Assembly (NCBI GenBank): GCA_021735165.1 | Contig: JAIPHP010000003.1 | Span: 1,419 to 65,418, forward strand | Length of the DNA: 64,000 nt | Source: Candidatus Woesearchaeota archaeon | GTDB lineage: Archaea; Nanobdellota; Nanobdellia; Woesearchaeales; 21-14-0-10-32-9 | Reading direction: 5' to 3' | In this document: positions 20,768-28,845 of the stretch, piece by piece | How positions within the stretch are numbered: the first letter of the stretch is position 1 | How the letters are laid out: the number at the start of each line of letters is the position of its first letter | The notes under the pieces: generated by a model | Databases searched by the model: none | What the model was told of the DNA's origin: nothing | What the model saw: only the letters and a program-made list of their open reading frames with translations | Program-made: the position numbers and the translations under genes

Positions 20768-21131
20768 TTTCAAAGGAAAGATTCACAAACTTACTAAAGA
20801 TGATTGTATTAGAGGAGGCAAGGTTTCCAGTGAACGTAAAAGAAAAGCAAATGGTATTAAAAATCTTCTTCATGGAAGAAATTCAGATAAACTATTTTTT
20901 CTTTTGAGTTGTATTGATTGTCCCGCTATTGGCAGATGTGAAAAAAGTCATGATGGATATTGTACTTATCTTCTAGAAGAGATGAAACTCAATAGGGATT
21001 TTTCTAAGCAGGTTGCCAGATGTCTTCATGTTGATAAAGAAGGACTTGATCCAACTACTTTTCTGATGAAGAAATATGAATTAAATAAAGAGTATATTGC
21101 TATGTTGTTTCCTAGCGACTCCAATGGATAG
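20751..21131 (+). CDS. small Cys-rich protein, paralog B
   Basis: N-terminal LDNFKGKIHKLT...RGGK motif paralogous to 20354-20767; CIDCPAIGRCEKSHDGYC cluster. Confidence 0.45.
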   Translation: MNRLDNFKGKIHKLTKDDCIRGGKVSSERKRKANGIKNLLHGRNSDKLFFLLSCIDCPAIGRCEKSHDGYCTYLLEEMKLNRDFSKQVARCLHVDKEGLDPTTFLMKKYELNKEYIAMLFPSDSNG

Positions 21132-21170
21132 TTTGCTTCTCGACGGTGTTTATATATGTCTTAGAGCATC

Positions 21171-21464
21171 ATGGATGACAATAATAACACGAGGTATAAT
21201 AATATGGCAAACAAAAAAACAAAGAAAGATTCTTTTTACCAAATGGCTAAGAAAGTACTCAATACAGAAAAGAAACCTATGCACTATGCAGACATTACAA
21301 GGGAGATCTTAAAGACAAAAGAAAGTAAAGGTAAGAGTCCTGAAAGAACTGTAATGGCTGTAATCATTAGAGATTCTCATGATGTGTTTATGAAAATGGG
21401 TGATGGTGTTTTTGGACTTACTAAATTAAAAGAACTTTATTCCGCTGAAAGTTCAAAGGTTTAA
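21171..21464 (+). CDS. HARE-HTH-like winged-helix DNA-binding protein
   Basis: Pattern YQMAKKVL...MHYADITREIL...SPERTVMAVIIRDSHDVFMKMGDGVFGL resembles the HARE-HTH domain. Confidence 0.4.
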   Translation: MDDNNNTRYNNMANKKTKKDSFYQMAKKVLNTEKKPMHYADITREILKTKESKGKSPERTVMAVIIRDSHDVFMKMGDGVFGLTKLKELYSAESSKV

Positions 21465-21560
21465 ATAAGATTCTTGTTTTAGCGGAAAATATTCTCATTT
21501 TTATGAGATTTATTTGCCATTGTATAATTAAAACCCTTAAACTAATGATTTAAGTGCTAT

Positions 21561-21580
21561 TTTTGTGATTTTATCACAAA
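21561..21580. promoter_or_regulatory. perfect palindrome ttttgtgat-tt-atcacaaaa, candidate operator
   Basis: 9-bp inverted arms about 130 bp upstream of the Csa3-like regulator gene. Confidence 0.3.
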
Positions 21581-21707
21581 ATTCAACTGTAAATCTCTGA
21601 AAACAGGGTTTTTATGTTTAGATATTATTTGATATTAAGTCTAGTTTTAGTGAGATAATTCCGTTAATTGAGTAATATTTATAAACTAGCATAACTTTAC
21701 CACATCC

Positions 21708-22307
21708 ATGACAAAGATACTCATTGCTACGCTCTATGTATTTGAACCTGTAATAGCTTCTGCAACGAAAATGAGTGCTGACAGACTCATTCTACTTATT
21801 GATAAGAAACCCGATAAGAAGCAAGTAGAATCGCTAGAAATACTAAAGAAATCACTTGGTTCAGTCATGGAAATAACTACTGTTGAGACTGAAGTGTATG
21901 ACATTGTTGAAGTAGCAAAAGAGACTGTTAAGATAATTGATCTTCTTTCTGATAAAGATGAAATCTATGTTGATATAACTGCTGGTCGTAAGACTAAAGC
22001 TTTAGGATTATTATTTGGTGCATATGCTCGAACTGACAGAGTAAAAAAGATAATGTATGTAAAAGAAGAGGATAAGTCCATTGTAAGTCTCCCTAAATTA
22101 TCTTATGCTATTACTCCAGGACAATATAAAATAGTTCATTATTTGCACAAGAATTCTATTGTTTCAATGATTGACCTTGCAAAGGAGATAGATATAAGCC
22201 GAGCCATGCTCTACAAACATATCAAAGAACTTAAGGATATGGATGTTATTGAGAACACTAAAGAAGGTCTCCAATTGACTGATTATGGGAGGATAGTGGT
22301 GCTTTAA
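21708..22307 (+). CDS. Csa3-like transcriptional regulator (CARF-like Rossmann domain plus C-terminal wHTH)
   Basis: N-terminal LIATLYVFEP...DITAGRKTKALGLL resembles the Csa3/CARF core (TxGF...DxTxGxR); C-terminal helix-turn-helix IVHYLHKNSIVSMIDLAKEIDISRAMLYKHIKEL. Confidence 0.5.
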   Translation: MTKILIATLYVFEPVIASATKMSADRLILLIDKKPDKKQVESLEILKKSLGSVMEITTVETEVYDIVEVAKETVKIIDLLSDKDEIYVDITAGRKTKALGLLFGAYARTDRVKKIMYVKEEDKSIVSLPKLSYAITPGQYKIVHYLHKNSIVSMIDLAKEIDISRAMLYKHIKELKDMDVIENTKEGLQLTDYGRIVVL

Positions 22308-22308
22308 A

Positions 22309-23157
22309 ATGGATAAAGAAAACAAGATTGTAGTATTCCAGGATAAAAAGATTAGAAGAACTTGGTTTAATGATGAATGGTGGTTTTCTATACTTGATAT
22401 TATAGGTGTTCTAACTAATCAATCTGATTATCAAAAGGTTCGTAATTACTGGAAATGGCTTAAAAATAAGCTAAAGGAAGAAGGAAGCGAGTTGGTTAGT
22501 GATACTAACCAACTGAAATTAGAAGCAGCAGATGGGAAAAAGTACAAAACTGATGTTGCTAATACTGAGCAAATATTTAGGTTGATCCAGTCAATCCCTT
22601 CTCCAAAAGCTGAACCTTTCAAACAGTGGCTTGCAAAAGTAGGTTATGAAAGAATTCAAGAAATAGAGAATCCTGAACTTGCTCAAGATAGAGCTAAAGA
22701 GTATTATGAACTTAAAGGATATCCTAAAGATTGGATTGACAAAAGACTTCGAGGGATTGCAGTTCGTCAAGCATTGACTGAAGAATGGAGCAACAGAGGA
22801 ATTGAAGAAAAAAGAGAATATGCCATCCTTACTAATGAAATATCTAAAGCAACTTTTGGTGTTGGAATTAAAGATCATAAGAAAGTCAAAGGTCTTGATC
22901 CAAAATTCAAGAATCAGAACCTTCGTGATCATATGACTGATCTTGAGCTTATCTTTAACATGCTTGGAGAAGCATCAACTACTGAGATTGCAAAGAAGAA
23001 AGATGCTCAAGGTTTTGTAGAAAATAAACTTGCAGCTAAAGAAGGTGGAAAGATAGCTGGAGATGCAAGAAAGAATCTTGAACTAAAGACAGGAGATAAA
23101 GTAGTTAGTGAAAAGAACTATCTTGATCTAAAGAAGAAGAGGAAAGAGTTGAAATGA
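22309..23157 (+). CDS. Bro-N / DinD-like (DNA-damage-inducible protein D family) protein
   Basis: N-terminal FQDKKIRRTWFNDEWWFSILDI...KKYKTDVANTEQIFRLIQSI matches the Bro-N/DinD pattern; shares the GKKYKT module with the downstream RhuM. Confidence 0.55.
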   Translation: MDKENKIVVFQDKKIRRTWFNDEWWFSILDIIGVLTNQSDYQKVRNYWKWLKNKLKEEGSELVSDTNQLKLEAADGKKYKTDVANTEQIFRLIQSIPSPKAEPFKQWLAKVGYERIQEIENPELAQDRAKEYYELKGYPKDWIDKRLRGIAVRQALTEEWSNRGIEEKREYAILTNEISKATFGVGIKDHKKVKGLDPKFKNQNLRDHMTDLELIFNMLGEASTTEIAKKKDAQGFVENKLAAKEGGKIAGDARKNLELKTGDKVVSEKNYLDLKKKRKELK

Positions 23158-24323
23158 CTTGCTATTCCCACTCTCGGATTTCAACTTTTGAACAATGTAA
23201 ATACAAGTACAAACTCCAATATATTGATAAGGTCAAAGTAGATGTTCCGACAACTGTTGAATGCTTTATGGGAGATCTTGTTCATCGTAGTTTGGAGAAG
23301 TTGTATAATGATCTGAAGTTTGAGAAACAGAACAGTAAAGAAGATCTAATCTCTTTTTTTAATGATCTTTGGTCTAAAGAGTGGACTGATGAAATCCTAA
23401 TTGTTAAGGAGGAGTTGAGTTCAGAGAATTATCGTTTGATGGGAGAGAAGTATATCTCTATGTATTATGATCATTATCAACCTTTTAATCAAATGACTGT
23501 TCTTGGTTTAGAGACTCAAGACAGAATGACTTTATCTGATGGAAACCAGTATCATGTAAGAATAGATAAGTTGGCTTGTGTGAGAGATACCTATTATGTC
23601 TGTGACTATAAAACTAATTCACGAATGAAAGATCAAGAAGAAGCAGACGAAGATAGACAACTTGCAATGTATTCAATCTGGGTAAAAGATAAATACAAAG
23701 ATGCAAAGAAAGTGGTTTTGCTTTGGCATATGCTTGCTTTTGATAAAGAAGCTATTTCTTCAAGGACTGACGAACAGTTGGAGAAATTACATTCCGAAGT
23801 TGTTTCTCAAATTAAAGATATTGAATCCTGTACTGAGTATCCTACTAATGTGACTGCACTATGCAATTATTGCGTGTATAAATCAATGTGTCCTTCTTTT
23901 AAGCATGAAGCAGAACTTGAGTTTAAATCTGCTGAAGAATTTACTGATGACTTCGGTGTGCAATTGGTTAATGATTATGCTGAAGCGGACTTTACTGAGA
24001 AAGAAGCTAAAAAGAAAAAAGAAGAATTGAAGATTAAGCTTATTGAGTTTGCAAAACAGAAAGAAGTTGATGTAGTCTATGGTTCTAATAAGAAAGCATC
24101 TGTTAAATCATATGACAAAGTTGTTTATCCAGAAGACAAAGCAGAGTTTATAAAACTCATAAAAGATAAAGGATTATATGATGAAATCAGCATGATTTCG
24201 TATCCTAGATTAAACTCACTTATCCTAAAAAAACAAGTTGATCAGGAAGTAATTGACAAGACTTCAACTGAAACTGATTATAGGATTTCACTATCTAAGA
24301 AGAGAACTGAGGGGGAAGAATAA
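23154..24323 (+). CDS. PD-(D/E)xK nuclease of the Cas4/RecB family with C-terminal Cys cluster
   Basis: N-terminal SHSRISTFEQCKYKYKLQYI (Cas4/AddB-like), DYKTN motif III, C-terminal CNYCVYKSMC Fe-S-type cysteines; 4-nt ATGA overlap with the upstream gene. Confidence 0.55.
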   Translation: MTCYSHSRISTFEQCKYKYKLQYIDKVKVDVPTTVECFMGDLVHRSLEKLYNDLKFEKQNSKEDLISFFNDLWSKEWTDEILIVKEELSSENYRLMGEKYISMYYDHYQPFNQMTVLGLETQDRMTLSDGNQYHVRIDKLACVRDTYYVCDYKTNSRMKDQEEADEDRQLAMYSIWVKDKYKDAKKVVLLWHMLAFDKEAISSRTDEQLEKLHSEVVSQIKDIESCTEYPTNVTALCNYCVYKSMCPSFKHEAELEFKSAEEFTDDFGVQLVNDYAEADFTEKEAKKKKEELKIKLIEFAKQKEVDVVYGSNKKASVKSYDKVVYPEDKAEFIKLIKDKGLYDEISMISYPRLNSLILKKQVDQEVIDKTSTETDYRISLSKKRTEGEE

Positions 24324-24332
24324 TAATGGCAC
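24286..24332. repeat. 47-bp direct repeat copy 1 (tttcactatctaagaagagaacNgagggggaagaataataatggca), flanks rhuM
   Basis: 46/47 identical to 25351-25397; contains the SD GAGGGGGAAG and the ATG of rhuM. Confidence 0.7.
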
Positions 24333-25348
24333 GGAATACAGATAATAATAAAATTGTCATCTATGAAACTGAAAAAGGGTTACCTAATATTGCAGTAAAG
24401 ATCGAAGATGAAACTGTATGGCTCACACAAGCCCAATTAGCTGATCTTTTTAGAACAACTAGACCTAATATAACAATGCATATTAGAAATCTTTTTGATG
24501 AAGGTGAATTGGATGAAAATTCAGTATGTAAGGATTTCTTACATACTGCTAATGATGGAAAAAAGTATAAAACTAAGCATTACAATCTTGATCTTATTAT
24601 TTCTTTAGGTTACAGAATTAAATCTAAAATTGCAACTAAATTTCGTCAATGGGCAACAGCAAGATTGCATGAATTCATAGTAAAAGGTTTTACTATGGAT
24701 GATGAGCGTCTAAAAAAGCTTGGTGGAGGTAATTATTGGAAAGAATTACTTGACCGTATCAAAGATATTCGTTCAAGTGAGAAAGTATTATATCGCCAAG
24801 TTCTTGACTTATATGCAACAAGCACAGATTATGATCCAAAATCAGCAGAATCAATTGATTTCTTTAAAGTTGTGCAAAATAAACTTCACTATGCAAGTCA
24901 TGGAAATACTGCTCCTGAGACAATCTATAATCGTGCAGATGCAGAAAAAGAATTTATGGGTTTGACTTCTTTTAAAGGAGACTTTCCTATCAAATCTGAT
25001 GTGGTTATTGCAAAGAACTACCTTTCAAAAAAAGAATTGAAAGTGCTTAATAATATAGTATCTGCATTCTTTGATCTGGCAGAAGTCAAAGCAATGAATC
25101 AAGAACCAATGCATATGAAAGATTGGATTATACAATTAGATCGTCTAATTCAGACATTTGACAAAGACGTCTTAACTGATGCAGGGAAGATCACTCATAA
25201 GAAAGCAGTGGAAAAAGCAGAAAAAGAATACAAAAAATACCAAGTAAAAACATTATCCCCAGTTGAAAAAGCATATCTAGAAAGCATAAAAGACGTTCAG
25301 AAGAAAGTCAAGAAAAGTGTAAATAAAGGAGCAAATAAAAATGAATGA
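24326..25348 (+). CDS. rhuM: RhuM-family protein
   Basis: N-terminus IVIYETEKG...IAVKIEDETVWLTQAQLADLF... is characteristic of RhuM, which is frequently embedded in type I R-M loci. Confidence 0.65.
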   Translation: MARNTDNNKIVIYETEKGLPNIAVKIEDETVWLTQAQLADLFRTTRPNITMHIRNLFDEGELDENSVCKDFLHTANDGKKYKTKHYNLDLIISLGYRIKSKIATKFRQWATARLHEFIVKGFTMDDERLKKLGGGNYWKELLDRIKDIRSSEKVLYRQVLDLYATSTDYDPKSAESIDFFKVVQNKLHYASHGNTAPETIYNRADAEKEFMGLTSFKGDFPIKSDVVIAKNYLSKKELKVLNNIVSAFFDLAEVKAMNQEPMHMKDWIIQLDRLIQTFDKDVLTDAGKITHKKAVEKAEKEYKKYQVKTLSPVEKAYLESIKDVQKKVKKSVNKGANKNE

Positions 25349-25350
25349 AG

Positions 25351-25397
25351 TTTCACTATCTAAGAAGAGAACAGAGGGGGAAGAATAATAATGGCAA
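25351..25397. repeat. 47-bp direct repeat copy 2, carries the SD and ATG of hsdM
   Basis: Matches 24286-24332 with one mismatch. Confidence 0.7.
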
Positions 25398-27100
25398 ATA
25401 TTACAGAATTAGCAAACTTCATATGGAGTGTAGCAGATCTCTTAAGAGGAGATTATAAACAATCAGATTACGGAAAAGTAGTCTTACCTTTCACGGTTTT
25501 AAGAAGACTTGATTGTGTTATAGAACCAACAAAAAAGAAAGTGCTTGATTATCTTCCAAAAATAAAAGGAATGAATATTAAAAATGCAGATCCAATTCTC
25601 AACAAAATTGCAGGATTAAATTTTCATAACAAAAGTAAGTTTGATTTTGAAAAACTAGTAGCAGATCCTGATAATATTGCTTCAAATCTAAGAAATTATA
25701 TCAACGGATTTTCTGAAGATGCAAGAAGTATAATGGAGTATTTTGACTTTGACAAAGAAATAGGTAAGCTCGATGATGCGAATTTGCTTTATATGATTGT
25801 TAAAAGATTCTCAGAAGTTGATTTACATCCTAACAAAATAAGTAATATTGAAATGGGGTATGCTTTCGAAGAACTTATCAGAAAATTCTCAGAGATATCT
25901 AATGAAACTGCTGGAGAGCACTTTACACCCAGAGAAGTAATTAGACTAATGGTAAATATTCTTTTCTTGAACGACAGAGATATTCTGACTAAGAAAGGAG
26001 TTACCAAAACCCTTTACGATCCTGCTTGTGGTACTGGAGGAATGCTTTCAGTTTCAGAAGAACATTTAAGAGAATTAAACCCAGATGCTCGTTTGGAAGT
26101 CTTTGGTCAAGAAATTAATCCTGAGTCTTATGCTATCTGTAAATCTGATATGGTTATTAAAGGTCAAAATACTGCAAATATAAAATATGGAAATACATTT
26201 ACGCATGATGGATTAGAGTTTAGCAAATTTGATTATATGCTTTCAAATCCTCCATTCGGAGTTGATTGGAAGAAATATGCTAAGCATGTAAAAGATGAAC
26301 ATGGAAACAGAGGTCATGCAGGAAGATTTGGTGCTGGGTTGCCTCGTATTTCTGATGGTTCATTGTTATTTTTACAACACATGATTTCAAAGATGAAACC
26401 GACTGGTTCTCGAATTGCTATTGTGTTTAATGGGTCTCCCCTATTTACTGGAAGTGCAGGTTCAGGAGAAACAGAAATAAGACGTTGGATTATTGAAAAT
26501 GATTGGCTTGAAGCAGTTATAGCTTTACCTGATCAACTATTCTATAACACAGGAATTAATACATATATTTGGATTATTTCAAATAAAAAATCTATTTATA
26601 GAAAGGGGAAAGTTCAATTAATTAATGCTACATCAGACAAATTTTATTCTAAGATGAAAAAGAGTCTTGGAAGTAAAAGACATGAAGTTGACAAAGTTTC
26701 AGAAATTACTTCCCTTTATGGTGATTTTAAGAATGGGAAATTCTGTAAACTTTTTGATAATGATGATCTTGGTTATTGGCAAGTTACTGTAGAAAGACCA
26801 TTAATGAAAGATGGAAAACCAGTTACTGATAAGAATGGCAATCCAAAACCTGACAGCTCATTAAGAGATACTGAAATAATACCATTGACGCAAGACATTA
26901 ATGAATATATTGAGAAAGAAGTAAAGCCTCATGTTCCTGATGCTTGGGTTGACGAATCAAAAACCAAGAAAGGGTATGAGATTAATTTTACTAAATATTT
27001 CTATGAATACAAACCTCTTCGAAGTTTGGCAGAAATCAAGAAAGATATTCTTGCTTTAGAAGAAGAAACAAAAGACATGATCGAGGAGGTTGTTGAATGA
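25391..27100 (+). CDS. hsdM: type I restriction-modification system methyltransferase subunit HsdM
   Basis: N6-adenine MTase motifs: DPACGTGGML (motif I) and LSNPPFG (motif IV); N-terminal HsdM_N-like region. Confidence 0.9.
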   Translation: MANITELANFIWSVADLLRGDYKQSDYGKVVLPFTVLRRLDCVIEPTKKKVLDYLPKIKGMNIKNADPILNKIAGLNFHNKSKFDFEKLVADPDNIASNLRNYINGFSEDARSIMEYFDFDKEIGKLDDANLLYMIVKRFSEVDLHPNKISNIEMGYAFEELIRKFSEISNETAGEHFTPREVIRLMVNILFLNDRDILTKKGVTKTLYDPACGTGGMLSVSEEHLRELNPDARLEVFGQEINPESYAICKSDMVIKGQNTANIKYGNTFTHDGLEFSKFDYMLSNPPFGVDWKKYAKHVKDEHGNRGHAGRFGAGLPRISDGSLLFLQHMISKMKPTGSRIAIVFNGSPLFTGSAGSGETEIRRWIIENDWLEAVIALPDQLFYNTGINTYIWIISNKKSIYRKGKVQLINATSDKFYSKMKKSLGSKRHEVDKVSEITSLYGDFKNGKFCKLFDNDDLGYWQVTVERPLMKDGKPVTDKNGNPKPDSSLRDTEIIPLTQDINEYIEKEVKPHVPDAWVDESKTKKGYEINFTKYFYEYKPLRSLAEIKKDILALEEETKDMIEEVVE

Positions 27101-28362
27101 ACACCTACTCTGAATACAAAGACAGTGGTATTGACTGGATTGGAAAAATTCCAAAGAGTTGGCAAGTTAAGAAATTAAAGTATATTGCAGACATTAAAAC
27201 AGGCGATAAAGATACAGTTGATCGTGAAGATGATGGAAAATATCCTTTTTTTGTTAGGTCACAGACTGTGGAGAAAATTAGTTCATATTCATTTGACGGT
27301 GAGGCAGTATTAACTGCAGGAGATGGGGTAGGCGTAGGTAAAGTATTTCATTATATTAATGGCAAATTTGATTATCATCAAAGAGTATATGGAATAAAAA
27401 ATTTCAAAGATGTAAATGGAAGATATTTTTATTATTTCCTTAAAGAAAATCTGCGTAAAGAAATTGCAAGAAATAACGCTAAATCAACTGTTGATTCTTT
27501 AAGATTGCCAATGTTTAAGGATTTCCATGTTACTTTTGGAAACATAGATGAGCAGAAAAAAATTGTTGATTTCTTAGATTCGAAATCAGAAAGAATTAAA
27601 GAATTTGTACATAAGAAAAAAGAACTTATAGAACTTCTTAAAGCACAGCGAATATCTCTTATCAATCAAGTTATTACTAAAGGTTTGAATAGAACTGTTG
27701 AATTAAAAGAGTCTAATATAACTTGGATTGGAAAATTTCCGAAGCATTGGATTATTAAGAAACTTAAATATAATACCTATATTAAAGGCAGAATAGGTTG
27801 GCAAGCATTAAAAACTGATGAGTTTGTTGATGAAGGTCCTTATTGTGTTACAGGAACCGACTTTAAAGAGGGGGAAATCAATTGGAATAGTTGTTATCAT
27901 GTTGGTGAAGAAAGATGGGCGATGGATAAATTCATCCAATTGAAAGAAAAAGATCTTGTAATTACTAAAGATGGAACAATTGGTAAAATTGCAATTGTAA
28001 AAAATTTAAATGGTAAAGCTTGTTTGAATAGTGGCGTTTTTGTTACAAGACCAAAGAATGAAGATTATATTACTGAGTATATGTATTGGGTTTTAAATTC
28101 AACTATATTTACTGAATTTATTAATTTTGAAAAGAAAGGCACTACTATTTCCCATTTATATCAAAATGTATTCGAGAATATGCCTTATACTCAACCTCCT
28201 ATCTCTGAACAGAAAGAGATTGTTAAATTTTTAGATCAAGAAACATCACAAATAGATAAATCCATAGAAAAGATTCAGAAAGAGATTGGGCTTTTAGAGG
28301 AGTACAAGGAAGCTCTTATTTCTGAGGCTGTGACTGGAAAAATAAAGGTGACGCATGAATAA
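27097..28362 (+). CDS. hsdS: type I R-M specificity subunit HsdS
   Basis: Two target-recognition domains each followed by conserved coiled-coil repeats (QKKIVDFLDSKSERIKEF... / QKEIVKFLDQETSQIDKSIEKIQKEI...); 4-nt overlap with hsdM. Confidence 0.85.
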   Translation: MNTYSEYKDSGIDWIGKIPKSWQVKKLKYIADIKTGDKDTVDREDDGKYPFFVRSQTVEKISSYSFDGEAVLTAGDGVGVGKVFHYINGKFDYHQRVYGIKNFKDVNGRYFYYFLKENLRKEIARNNAKSTVDSLRLPMFKDFHVTFGNIDEQKKIVDFLDSKSERIKEFVHKKKELIELLKAQRISLINQVITKGLNRTVELKESNITWIGKFPKHWIIKKLKYNTYIKGRIGWQALKTDEFVDEGPYCVTGTDFKEGEINWNSCYHVGEERWAMDKFIQLKEKDLVITKDGTIGKIAIVKNLNGKACLNSGVFVTRPKNEDYITEYMYWVLNSTIFTEFINFEKKGTTISHLYQNVFENMPYTQPPISEQKEIVKFLDQETSQIDKSIEKIQKEIGLLEEYKEALISEAVTGKIKVTHE

Positions 28363-28525
28363 AGAAGATAAAAATATACTTCTGGCGATAGGAGGCATGG
28401 CATTACTTGGATGGCTTTTAAGTAAAGACAAATATAAATGTCCTAGATGCAATTATCCCGTTACTAAAGAAATGTATTCTTGTCCTAATTGCGGTCAACC
28501 TTTGGCTTGGGAGGGTAAAAAATGA
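28355..28525 (+). CDS. 56-aa membrane-anchored zinc-ribbon protein
   Basis: MNKEDKNILLAIGGMALLGWLL (TM) followed by CPRC...CPNC; overlaps the hsdS stop (ATGAATAA) and the next start (ATGA). Below the ORF-track size cut-off. Confidence 0.4.
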   Translation: MNKEDKNILLAIGGMALLGWLLSKDKYKCPRCNYPVTKEMYSCPNCGQPLAWEGKK

Positions 28526-28845
28526 CTGATAAAGTTAAACCTCTGCCACCAGTAAAAGTAAAAATCAATCTTTGGAATTATTTAAAGTTAGGATTTTTAA
28601 TTTTAATATCTTGCATACTTTGGATTACATTAATTATTACAGGCATTAATTTGTTAGGGTATTATATTAAATCAATTATAGTTAATGGATTTTTTGATCC
28701 TGAAACCTTAAAATATGCCGTCATGCTTGTTGTTGGAGCTTATTTCTTTTTAATACTCGATAAAAATAAGATCTATGAAGCACTTAATGTAAAGAGGGGT
28801 TTGCCATTCATTACAGTTGAACAAATAGAGGAGAAAAAGAAATGA
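28522..28845 (+). CDS. small membrane protein (2 TM)
   Basis: 107 aa with two hydrophobic helices; translationally coupled (ATGA) on both sides. Confidence 0.45.
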   Translation: MTDKVKPLPPVKVKINLWNYLKLGFLILISCILWITLIITGINLLGYYIKSIIVNGFFDPETLKYAVMLVVGAYFFLILDKNKIYEALNVKRGLPFITVEQIEEKKK

